Shown: positions 49,905-61,011, counted from the stretch's first letter. The stretch: DNA of 64,000 nt from Octopus sinensis (GCF_006345805.1 NC_043026.1:13619579-13683578); one strand, 5' to 3'. Made by a program: numbers and translations. Notes: generated by a model from the sequence alone, not told the origin.

Positions 49905-50575
49905 GTGGCGAGCTGGCAGAAACGTTAGCACGCCGGGTGAAATGCGCAGCCGTATTTCGTCTACCGTTACGTTCTGAGTTCAAATTCCACCGAGGTCGAC
50001 TTTGCCTTTCATCCTTTCGGGGTCGATAAATTAAGTACCAGTTACGCACTGGGATTGATATAATCGACTTAATCCATTTGTCTGTCCTTGTTTGTCCCCT
50101 CTGTGTTTAGCCCCTTGTGGGCAATAAAGAAATAAGAAACGTTAGCACGCCGGGCGAAATGCGTAGCTGTATTTCGTCTACCGTTACGTTCTGAGTTCAA
50201 ATTCCACCGAGGTCGACTTTGCCTTTCATCCTTTCGGGGTCGATAAATTAAGTACCAGTTACGCACTGGGATTGATATAATCGACTTAATCCATTTGTCT
50301 GTCCTTGTTTGTCCCCTCTGTGTTTAGCCCCTTGTGGGCAATAAAGAAATAAGAAACGTTAGCACGCCGGGCGAAATGCGTAGCCGTATTTCGTCTGCCG
50401 TTACGTTCTGCGTTCAAATTCCGCCGAGGTCGACTTTGCCTTTCATCCGTTCGGGGTCGATTAAATAAGTACCAGTTACGCATTGGGGTCGATATAATCG
50501 ACTTAATCCGTTTGTCTGTCCTTGTTTGTCCTCCGTGTTTAGCCCCTTGTGGGTAGTAAAGAAATAGGTACTTCT
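49905..50575 (+). mobile_element. SINE family B array (~4 units; some junctions at the A-box)
   Basis: Junction gaaataagaaacgttagcacg at ~50130 and ~50350. Confidence 0.87.
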
Positions 50576-51254
50576 TCCAGATTTTCGTTCTGAGTCGACC
50601 TTTGCCTTTCATTATTTTGGGGGTCCAATGTAATCGACTGTGTTCCCCCCTACTTCCCGTTCAAATCTTCAAGCCTTGCACCTGTATTTGAAGAGGATGG
50701 GGAGGAATTGAATTTGTAACCTGCGTAATTGTATAGAATAGCGTCGGAAATTGTCTTGTCGGTCGAAAAACTGCAATTTCTTTGGATTTTTGTTTTAAAT
50801 ACCACAAAATATAAATTCTAATGAAAGGTATGCCAACCGAGGCCATTTAAAAAAAAATACCCCCAATTTTTTTTTTGTTTTTAGATATTATAATCTATTC
50901 CGAACTACGTTCTTAATGTGAAGGCATAGTCTGGGTAATCCTGTAGAATAGCGTCGAAAATTATCTAGCCTATCAAAAATTCCGCAGTTTCTTTGGATGT
51001 CTGTTGTTAACATCGGGGATTACAATAATAGATTTTATAAAAAGCGGGCCGGCCGTGACCATTAAAAATAAAAAATTCTGTCTTTTACTCAGCTACGAAC
51101 AACACTTTATTTAGTCGATGAAAAGACTGTAATTTCTTACATTTTGGATGTTTTAAATATCGGAGATTAAGATTCTGCAAAAATGGAAATCATAAAGTCA
51201 GTTATTTGACAGAAGTTTCGCTCCTGTAATTTTCGTTCTGTTGAAGGCGAAATG

Positions 51255-52140
51255 CTTTGCGGTATTTCTTCTGCCGTTACGTTCTGAGTTCAAATTCCGT
51301 CGAGATCGACTTTGCCTTTCATCCTTTCGGGGTCGATAAATTAAGTACCAGTTACGCACTAGGGGTCAATATAATCGACTTAATCCGTTTGTCTGTCCTT
51401 GTTTGTCCTCTCTGTGTTTAGCCCCTTGTGGGTAGTAAAGAAATAGGTATTTCATCTGCCGCTACGTTCTGAGTTCAAATTCCGTCGAGGTCGATTTTGC
51501 ATTTCATCCTTTCGGGGTCGATAAATTAAATACCAGTTGCGCACTGGGGTCGATATAATCGACTTAATCCGTTTGTCTGTCCTTGTTTGTCCTCTCTATG
51601 TTTAGCCCCTTGTGGGTAGTAAAGAAATAGGTATTTCGTCTGCCGTTACGTTCTGAGTTCAAATTCCGTCGAGGTCGATTTTGCATTTCATCCTTTCGGG
51701 GTCGATTAAATAAATACCAGTTACGCACTGGGGTCGATATAATCGACTTAATCCGTTTGTCTGTCCTTGTTTGTCCTCTCTATGTTTAGCCCCTTGTGGG
51801 TAGTAAAGAAATAGGTATTTCGTCTGCCGCTACGTTCTGAGTTCAAATTCCGTCGAGGTCGACTTTGCCTTTCATCCTTTCGGGGTCGATAAATTAAGTA
51901 CCAGTTGCGCACTGGGGATCGATGTAATCGACTTAATCCGTTTGTCTGTCCTTGTTTGTCCTCTCTGTGTTTAGCCCCTTGGGGGTAGTAAAGAAATAGA
52001 AATAGGTATTTCTTCTGCTGTTACGTTCTGAGTTTAAATTCCGCCGGGATCGATAAATTAAGTACCTGTTGCGTACTGGGGTCGATCTAATCTCGACTGG
52101 TCCCCTCCCCCCAAAATTTCAGGCCTTGTGCCTAGAGTAG
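51255..52140 (+). mobile_element. SINE family B array (~4-5 units)
   Basis: agtaaagaaataggtattt junctions. Confidence 0.87.
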
Positions 52141-52656
52141 AAAAGAATTTTCGTTCTACTGAAAAATGTACAAAAAGAAAAAAAAGAACATAATTTTTAG
52201 ACTCAGACATAGCTCAGGTAAGAAATTTGCTTCCCAACTACACAGTTCTGGGTTCAGTCCCACTGCTTGGCACCTTGGGCAGGTATCTTCTACTATAGCC
52301 TAGGGTTTACCAAAGCCTTTTGAGTTTGGTAGATGGAAATCATTTGTGTATATATCTGAAAGCACGTGGCCTAGTGGTCAGGGCATTCGCTCACGGTCAT
52401 AAGGTCATGAGTTCAATTCCTGGCGGCGTGTTGTGTCCTTGAGCAAGATACTAGTTCATGTGGCTTCAGTTCACTCAACTGGCAAAAGTGAGTTGTTTCT
52501 TTATTCGAAAGGGCCAGCCGTGTCACATTTTGTGTCATGCTGAATCACACTGAGGACTATGTTAAGGGTACACGTGTCTGTGGAGTACTCAGCCACTTGC
52601 ACATTAATTTCAGATCAACTGGAACCCTCAGCATTGTAACTGATAGAGTGCCAGTT

Positions 52657-53785
52657 ATGGGCATAGACACATTGAAACTCCGACGTCTGGCAGCTGACTC
52701 GGCAGACACCCATAAAATTATCAACCATCGTACAAACAATAACTCTGAGCACCTTTTCAAACTCCACCTGTCTAACACCCGTGGACATATTTACAAAGTC
52801 AGAAAACAGCACAGCTCCCATGACTGTCGGAAACATTTTTTCACGCTGAGAGTTGCTGAAGCATGGAACAAACTGCCAGCATCAGTTGTTAGTTGTCGGA
52901 GCACTGCATCCTTCAAACCTTCCATGCTTCCTGAGATTCGCCAACACTACACCTGATTTTCTCCCCTCCATACACACGCAAGCATGTATCTGACTCATAC
53001 ACTGTTCACTTCCCAGACATTTGTACATTACTGCATATGCAGACACCCATAAAATTATCAACCATCTTACAAACTATAACTCTGAGCACCTTTTCAAACT
53101 CCATCTGTCTAACACCCGTGGACATATTTACAAAGTCAGAAAACAGCACAGCTCCCATGACTTTAGGAAACATTTTTTCATGCTAAGAGTTGCTGAAGCA
53201 TGGAACAAACTGCCAGCATCAGTTGTTAGTTGTCGGAGCACTGCATCCTTCAAAACTTCCATGCTTCCTGAGATTCGCCAACACTACACCTGATTTTCTC
53301 CCCTCCATACACACGCAAGCATGTATCTGACTCATACACTGTTCACTTCCCAGACATTTGTACATTACTGCATATGCAGACACCCATAAAATTATCAACC
53401 ATCTTACAAACTATAACTCTGAGCACCTTTTCAAACTCCAACTGTCTAACACCCGTGGGCATATTTACAAAGTCAGAAAACAGCACAGCTCCCATGACTT
53501 TAGGAAACATTTTTTCATGCTAAGAGTTGCTGAAGCATGGAACAAACTGCCAGCATCAGTTGTTAGTTGTCGGAGCACTGCATCCTTCAAAACTTCCATG
53601 CTTCCTGAGATTCGCCAACACTACACCTGATTTTCTCCCCTCCATACACACACAAGCATGTATCTGACTCATACATTGTTCGCTTTCCAGACACTTGTAC
53701 ATTACTGCATATGCTTTATACTCACTTTTTGACAAGTTGTGGTGCACCTGAGCACTGTATACAATAATTTCATTATTATTATTAT
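52657..53785 (+). mobile_element. CR1 3' end with three 337-bp tandem units
   Basis: ORF track 52537/53021/53358 shows the repeated ...RVAEAWNKLP...RQHYT; (TAT)n tail. Confidence 0.9.
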
Positions 53786-53795
53786 AATATATATA

Positions 53796-54506
53796 TATAA
53801 ACGACCTATTCTTACATCAGTGTATAATCGACATAAAGGATGGTTTAAAGCTCTCTTCAGCTGCATGCAATTGTTATACCAAAGGTTTGGATTTTTCATA
53901 ATGTGGTGTAAACCTTTGGTATAACAATTACATGCAGCTGAAGAGAGCTTTAAACCATCCTTTATGTCGATGACTGGCACCCGGCAGTTGCCAGGACCAC
54001 TGGACTGACTCCTGTGCACGTGGCAAGTAAAGAAACACCGTTTCGACCCTGTACTTGAGGAGACCCATTGAGTCAAGTACACCAACATCAAAAATCAATG
54101 GAAACTGCAGCTGTAATCCCTGTACCGGAGGCATGTAAAAAGCAGCATCCGACCGTGGCTGATGCCAGCGCTGCCTAGACTGGCTTCCATGCCGGTGGCA
54201 CGTAAAAAGCACCAATCCGATCGTGGCCGTTGCCAGCCTCGCCTGGCACGTAAAAAGCACCAAACTGATCGTGGCCGTTGCCAGCCTCGCCTGGCACGTA
54301 AAAAGCACCCACTACACTCACGGAGTGGTTGGTGTTAAGAAGGGCATCCAGCTGTAGAAACTCTGCCAGATCAGACTGGAGCCTGGTGCAGCCTTCTAGC
54401 TTCCTAGATCCCCGGTCGAACTGTCCAACCCATGCTAGCATGGAGAACGGACGTTAAACGATGATGATGATGATGATAACACTGATGTAAGAATAGGTCG
54501 TTTATA
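53796..54506. repeat. Foldback palindrome (~95-bp arms) whose right arm is split by a (GAT)n retroposon (~53975-54477)
   Basis: tataaacgacctattcttacatcagtgt and cgacataaagg...aaaggttt are mirrored at 53912-53970 and 54479-54506. Confidence 0.8.
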
Positions 54507-54650
54507 AAGCTTGAAACACGTGTACCGCAACATCCTTTGTGTTCTGTTTTTGATTTCATTTTATACACATACCCTCTCATCTCTGCTACTAGCCGGTGTA
54601 TACAGGTGCTTACACTTATCAAGTATTCACACCAAATTTATTGTACCTAC

Positions 54651-54702
<52 letters not shown>

Positions 54703-55539
54703 ATAATAATAATATTAAGGAATGGCCTTGATAGGCCATTTGACCCACTAGAAAGAGCAGCTAAACTGAAACCGCTAAATAGTTGTAATTCAGAAACCAA
54801 AGGAAAATAAAAATAAAAACATTTACCCTTATCATCTTTGGACTATGCATAGTTTCAACATACATATTGGCAAACCAATTTAATTAAATTAAATTAAATC
54901 TGTTTGCCACTGGTCTGTCTCGTCAGCAAAGAAGCCAGGGAAATATATATCCACGAGGCGACAGTATCAACGCCTTGAGAATATATATTCTAAATTTTCA
55001 AAATCTACCGTCACCGCGCCAACTTGAATTTTCTTGAATTCTTGAATTTTTTGTTACCCTGATATTGATTAATATATATATATATATATATACATTGGCG
55101 TTAGGAAGGGCATCCAGCCATAGAAACATTGCCAGATCAGACTGGGCCTGGTGCAGCCTTCTGGCTTCCCAGACCCCAGTTGCACCGTCCAACCCATGCC
55201 AGCATGGAAAGCGGACGCTAAACAATGATGATGATACATATATATATATCTGTGTGTGCATGTGTCTTTGTGTTTGCCACTCCCACTTGATAACCAGTGT
55301 TGGTTTGTTTACATTCCCATAACTTAGCTGTTTGGCAAAAGAGACTGATAGGATAAGTACCCCATTCAAAAAAAATATATATATATACTGATGTCAATTC
55401 ATTTGAATAAAAAACATTTGAGGGATGGCCACAGTCCAGTGACTTAAACTAGTAAAAGCTAAAAGGTAATTGCTGAAGTATAGAGTGTAGATTGAATTAT
55501 CTCAAACGTTAAGAGAAAGAAATGTAACTTTTTCCTGCA

Positions 55540-56363
55540 ATAAATTCATCTAAACCAACCCTTTTCATTGACACTTAACATAGCTACTGTGGGTCCTCAA
55601 TTTACTATTTCATTTGTGTAGACCCTTAGAAATCTTATATGGACCCTGGTTGAGAAGCACTGAGTTAAACCCTTCAAGGTGGTGCCTCTGCATAGCCACA
55701 ATCCAGTAACTGATTTTGCAATAAATACATCTAAACCAACCCTTTTCATTGACACTTAACATAGCTACTGTGGGTCCTCAATTTACTATTTCATTTGTGT
55801 AGACCCTTAGAAATCTTATATGGACCCTGGTTGAGAAGCACTGAGTTAAACCCTTCAAGGTGGTGCCTCTGCATAGCCACAATCCAGTAACTGATTTTGC
55901 AATAAATACATCTAAACCAACCCTTTTCATTGACCACTTAACATAGCTACTGTGGGTCCCCAATTTACTATTTCACTTGTGTGGACCCTTAAAAATCTTA
56001 TATGGACCCCCAGGTGTCATGTGGACCCTGGTTGAGAAGCACTGAGTTAAGCCCTTCAAGGTGGTGCCTCAGCATAGCCACAATCCAGTAACTGATTTTG
56101 CAATAAATACATCTAAACCAACCCTTTTCATTGACACTTAACATAGCTACTGTGGGTCCCCAATTTACTATTTCACTTGTGTGGACCCTTAAAAATCTTA
56201 TATGGACCCTGGTTGAGAACCACTGAGTTAAACCCTTCAAGGTGGTGCCTCAGCATAGCCACAATCCAGTAACTGATTTTGCAATAAATACATCTAAACC
56301 AACCCTTTTCATTGACACTTAACATAGCTACTGTGGGTCCCCAATTTACTATTTCATTTGTGT
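55540..56363. repeat. ~178-bp tandem repeat (~4.5 units) containing a hAT-MITE-like end (ggttgagaagcactg) fused to a SINE-tail fragment
   Basis: Direct repeat reading. Confidence 0.88.
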
Positions 56364-56482
56364 GCTTACGGCCATATCACGTTGAAAGCACCGGTTCTCG
56401 TCTGATCACCGAAGTTAAGCAACGTTGAGCCTAGTCAGTACTTAGATGAGTGACCGCTTGGGAAACCTAGGTGCAGTAAGCG
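56364..56482 (+). rRNA. 5S: 5S rRNA-derived full-length copy (probably retroposed; no oligo-T terminator)
   Basis: gcttacggccatatcacgttgaaagcaccggttctcgtctgatcaccgaagttaagc...agtacttagatgagtgaccgcttgggaaacctaggtgcagtaagc; terminal GCUUAC/GUAAGC helix intact; box-C G-to-A changes relative to typical animal 5S. Confidence 0.93.
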
Positions 56483-56496
56483 TAACACATAAGTGG

Positions 56497-56793
56497 AGGC
56501 ACATGGCCTAGTGGTAAGAGCAGCGGACTCGCAGTTGAGGGATCATGGGTTCGAATCTCAGACCGAGCGATGTGTGTGCCTATGAGCGAAATACGTAAGC
56601 TCCACGCGGCTCCAGCAGAAGGTAATGGCAAAACTTCTGCTGACTCTTTTGCCACAACTTTCTCTCACTCTTTCCTCCTGCATCTTGCAGCTGACCTGCG
56701 ACGGACCGGCGTCCCATCCAGGTGGGGAACCTATACACCAAGGAAACCGGGAAACCGGCCCTTATGAACCAGGCATGGCTCGGGAAGGAACAA
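56497..56793 (+). mobile_element. tRNA-derived SINE fused downstream of the 5S copy
   Basis: ggcacatggcctagtggtaagagcagcggactcgc...gggttcgaatctc head; tail ...ggctcgggaaggaacaa. Confidence 0.85.
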
Positions 56794-56810
56794 ATTTCAT
56801 TTGTGTAGAC

Positions 56811-57245
56811 CAGTGGTTTTCAACCAGGGTTCCGCCAGTACAGTCCAGGGGTTCCGCAAGAAGTTGCAAAACTGCTAAAATCGGCAGTAATTTTTAATTC
56901 TCCTGTGCAGATATGTGTGCATTAGACTATTAAATTATTGCACAGGGGTTCCTCGAGCCAGTGGAATGTTTCCTTGGGGTTCCGCTCCAGCAAAAAGATT
57001 GAAAAGCACTGGTCTAACTAGTGTCTAACTGACTGTATCTAACTCAGTGGTTTTCAACCAGGGTTCCGCCAGTACAGTCCAGGGGTTCTACAAGAAGTTG
57101 CAAAACTGCTAAAATCGGCAGTAATTTTTAATTCTCCTGTGCAGTTATGCGTGCATAAGACTATTAAATTATTGCACAGGGGTTCCTCGAGCCAGTGGAA
57201 TGTTTCCTTGGGGTTCGGCTCCAGCAAAAAGTTTGAAAAGCACTG
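56811..57245. mobile_element. Head-to-tail dimer of a ~200-bp hAT (Charlie-like) MITE
   Basis: cagtggttttcaa...ttgaaaagcactg termini; 8-bp gtgtagac at 56803-56810 and 57246-57253. Confidence 0.88.
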
Positions 57246-57619
57246 GTGTAGACTCTTAAAAATATCTTATATGTACCCAGGTTGGCAACCACTGAGTAAA
57301 GCCCTTGAAGGTGCTGCCCCAGCATGGCCACAGTCCAGTGACTGAAATAAATAAAAGGAAATAAATCTTGATGATATTTTTAGAAACCTGTTATAAAGAT
57401 GGAAACATTCTTCTCCCTTCCTACTGAAGGGAGAGGCTACACAGATTTGTAGCCAGAGGTGGTTTGGGGATACAGCTGTCACCATATAGACTGGAAGTGT
57501 CAGTGGTGATGATGGGGCCCTGTTTAGCTCCCAAAGGAGCTTTCTATTGTAGATGACTAATACCAACTGGGCCGCCATGATAGTCGCTGTTTAACTATCT
57601 GCTCTGATTGATAAGTCTT

Positions 57620-58280
57620 TTAATCAGTCAGAATGAAGGACATGTGATGCCTCTTCACTTCTTTCCACAAGGTCTTCAAGCAAACTCTGCTGCCCACATA
57701 GATGTTCTGAATACAGTGGTTAAGCCATGGATCGATAATGTATGCAACGGAAGACCTTACGTGTTTCAACAAGACTCAGCACCATCGTAATACAGGAATA
57801 GATGACGGGAAACTTTCATGCGCAGGAGTGGCTGTGTGGTAAGTAGCTCGTTTACCAACCACATGGTTCCGGGTTCAGTCCCACTGCGTGGCACCTTGGG
57901 CAAGTGTCTTCTGCTATAGCCTCGGGCCAACCAAAGCCTTGTGAGTGGATTTGGTGGACGGAAACTGAAAGAAGCCCATCGTATATATATATATATGTAT
58001 GTGTGTTTGTGTGTCTGTGTTTGTCTCCCTAGCATTGCTTGACAACCGATGCTGGTGTGTTTACGTTGCCGTCACTTAGCGGTTCGGCAAAAGAGACCGA
58101 TAGAATAAGTACTGGGCTTAGAAAGAATAAGTCCTGGAGTCGAGTTGCTCAACTAAAAGACGGTGCTCCAGCATGGCCGCAGTCTAAGTAAAAGAGAGAG
58201 TAAAAAAGAGATATAACCCCCAACATTTGGCCTCCTAGCTCCCCAGATCTCAATCCACTGGATTACTATGTAGGGCGTGT
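57620..58280 (+). mobile_element. mariner (maT/DD37D-like) transposase fragment interrupted by SINE A (~57820-58210)
   Basis: EGHVMPLHFFPQGL...KPWIDNVCNGRPYVFQQDSAPS, then ITPNIWPPSSPDLNPLDYYV. Confidence 0.88.
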
Positions 58281-58292
58281 CTTCTTCTTCTT

Positions 58293-58324
<32 letters not shown>

Positions 58325-58546
58325 AGCATCCACCCGGGGTGGGTTGAGCTGGCTTCATTCATCCTCAATGCTGCGTCTCTCACAAATAATTTTTAGACTC
58401 AGACGTGGCTCAGGTAAGAAGTTTGCTTCTCAACCACACAGTTCTGGGTTCAGTCCCACTGCTTGGCACCTTGCGCAGGTATCTTCTATAGTCTCGGGTC
58501 CACTGAAGCCTTGTGAATTTGGTAGATGGAAATCATTTACTCTTTT

Positions 58547-58914
58547 ACTTGTTTCAGTCATTTGACTGCGGCCATGCTGGAGCACCGCCTTTAATCGAGC
58601 AACTCGACCCCAGGACTTATTCTTTTGTAAGCCCAGTACTTATTCTATTGATCTCTTTTGCCGAACCACTAAGTAACGGGGACGTAAACACACCAGCATC
58701 GGTTGTCAAGTAATGCTAGGGGGACAAACACACACACGCATATATATTTATATATACATATATACGATGGGCTTCTTTCAGTTTCCGCCTACCAAATCCA
58801 CTCACAAGGCTTTGGTCAGCCTGAGGCTATAGAAGACATTTGCCCAAGGTGCCACGCAGTGGGACTGAACCCGGAACCATGTGGTTGGTAAGCAAGCTAC
58901 TTACCACACAGCCA
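58547..58914 (-). mobile_element. SINE family A copy
   Basis: Family match. Confidence 0.85.
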
Positions 58915-59214
58915 AGGCACGTGACCTAGTGGTTAGGGCATTTGCTCGTGATCATAAGGAATACTCTGATGGATAAGTTGTTTAATCAAAGGCATTTCCG
59001 GCCATGGCTAACGCATAAATTTAGGAATATCTATTACTTCAATTTTCCAATGTGTCTTCCTCTTGAGACAATGAAGCATGAATTGAGGGAAACTTAGCTG
59101 CTGCTTTTTGCAGGTCGATCAACAAGCTACAGGCTCCCTCCTTGGCTTGTTGCCCAACATTGTTAAGAAACATTGGCGCAGATTGGAAGGTTTTATTTTG
59201 TTTTCTTTTTTTAC

Positions 59215-59615
59215 CTAGGTGCAGGAGTGGCTGTGTGGTAAGTAGCTTGTTTACCAACCTCATGGTTCCGGGTTCAGTCCCACTGCATGGCATCTTGGGC
59301 AAGTGTCTTCTGCTATAGCCTCGGGCCGACCAAAGCCTTGTGAGTGGATTTGGTAGACGGAAGCTGAAAGAAGCCCGTCGTATATATGTATATATATATA
59401 TATATATGCATCAGTGTGTTTGTCCCCCTAGCATTGCTTGACAACCGATGCTGGTTTGTTTATGTCCCCGTTACTTAGCGGTTCGGCAAAAAAAAGACCG
59501 ATAGAATAAGTACTGGGCTTACAAAAAGAATAAGTCCCGGGGTCGATTTGCTCAACTAAAAGGCGGTGCTCCAGCATGGCCGCAGTCAAATGACTGAAAC
59601 AAGTAGAAGAGTAAA
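59215..59615 (+). mobile_element. SINE family A copy
   Basis: Family match. Confidence 0.85.
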
Positions 59616-60040
59616 GACCATCTGTGTAAACACATTTAAAAAAAGAAAAAACTTTTACAGTCTGTCGGCCCATTTGATGCCATACCAGTCAATGGTTACT
59701 GCTGTAATGAGCTGAGGGTTTTGTTTTTATTAGACAGATGGTTGCAAATTGTGAAACGGGAGGATGTTTACATAAACAAGGTGCAGACATAGCTGTGTGG
59801 TTGAAAAAATTAGCTTCACAGCTATGAGGTGCATTCCAGAAGTTTTGAGACTTTTTCAGTAGAGACATTTATTAATTTCAAACTGTGGCTGTGTGGTAAG
59901 TAGCTTGCTTACGAACCACATGGTTCCGGGTTCAGTCCCACTGCGTGGCACCTTGGGCAAGTGTCTTCTACTATAGCCTCGGGCCGACCAAAGCCTTGTG
60001 AGTGGATTTGGTAGACGGAAACTGAAAGAAGCCCGTCGTA

Positions 60041-60070
<30 letters not shown>

Positions 60071-60072
<2 letters not shown>

Positions 60073-60382
60073 CTTTATTCAAAGCAGCAGAAAATTCAAC
60101 AAAACCTGTTACTCTGAGTTTCCCATTGCCGTTCGTCGGCAAAACCTGTTACTCTGAGTTTCCCATTGCCGTTCGTCGGCAAAACCTGTTACTCTGAGTT
60201 TCCCGTTGCCGTTCGTCGGACAGTTTTTGCGAGCAAAAACTGTCTGACGAACGGCAACGGGAAACTCAGAGTAACAGGTTTTGTTGAATTTTCTGCTGCT
60301 TTGAATAAAGCATATTACTCTACCACTGGTATTTGAGTACTCTTTTTTTCCACCTTGTTTCACATTTATGTGTTTACTCCGG
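60071..60382. mobile_element. Foldback element 3: ~80-bp palindrome with a triplicated 40-bp hammerhead core
   Basis: tactttattcaaagc...cagtttttgc-ga-gcaaaaactg...gctttgaataaagca, plus ~70 nt of right-arm tail. Confidence 0.88.
60234..60283 (+). ncRNA. Type I hammerhead-like motif
   Basis: CAAAAACUGU / CUGACGA / A CG-GCAA-CG G / GAAACU-cag-AGUA / ACAGGUUUUG. 9 of 10 pairs in helix I, GNRA-capped 2-bp helix II with an A.G base, GUA site. Confidence 0.68.
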
Positions 60383-60417
<35 letters not shown>

Positions 60418-61011
60418 TATATATATGTATGTGCGTGTTTGTCCCCCCAACATCACTTGACAACCGATGCTGGTGTGTTTATGTCCCCGTAACTTAGGGG
60501 TTCGGCAAAAGAGACCAATAGAATAAGTCCTGGGGTCGATTTGCTCGGCTAAAGGCGGTGCTCCAGCATGGCCACAGTCAAATGACTGAAACAAGTAGAA
60601 GAGTAAAAGAGTGTAGAAAATAAATAATTCTATTTTTTGGGGTTGATATTTAATGCCATTACAGAAATAACAGCGCTTGAAATGAGTAAAAGATAAGGAG
60701 TATAATTATATCTGGGTTGAGAGTTGGTCCTGGATCAGCCATTGCTTGAAATCAGTAGTGTACTCAGGAGTACATGTGTGTATATGTCTTAACTTCCAGC
60801 TATTGTTGTCTGTGGAGGTGGGCTTGGTGTTGAAAGGATTGCCAAGAATCTGGTACATCTTTCACCATCAGTCAGGCAGCTTAGCTTGCTAGCGGCTTGT
60901 TTGCTAATTGATATTCAGCAAGGTAGCTCTGGGGTTGGCTGGGTAGGTGATGTACACTTTCGCACAGACAATGAGCTTATTGTAATACCGAGCAGGGTAG
61001 TATTGGGCTAG

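Larger units (their letters stand above)
59884..60610 (+). mobile_element. SINE family A copy with foldback element 3 inserted in its (TA)n tract
   Basis: The two SINE halves flank 60071-60382. Confidence 0.85.

Noticed and set aside
60792-61010. Open + frame AIVVCGGGLGVERIAKNLVHL..., reminiscent of a Rossmann/E1 GxG..EIAKN motif
   Set aside because: Similarity is limited to about 10 residues with an insertion, nothing downstream matches ThiF/E1 families, and the phase does not fit the candidate upstream exons.
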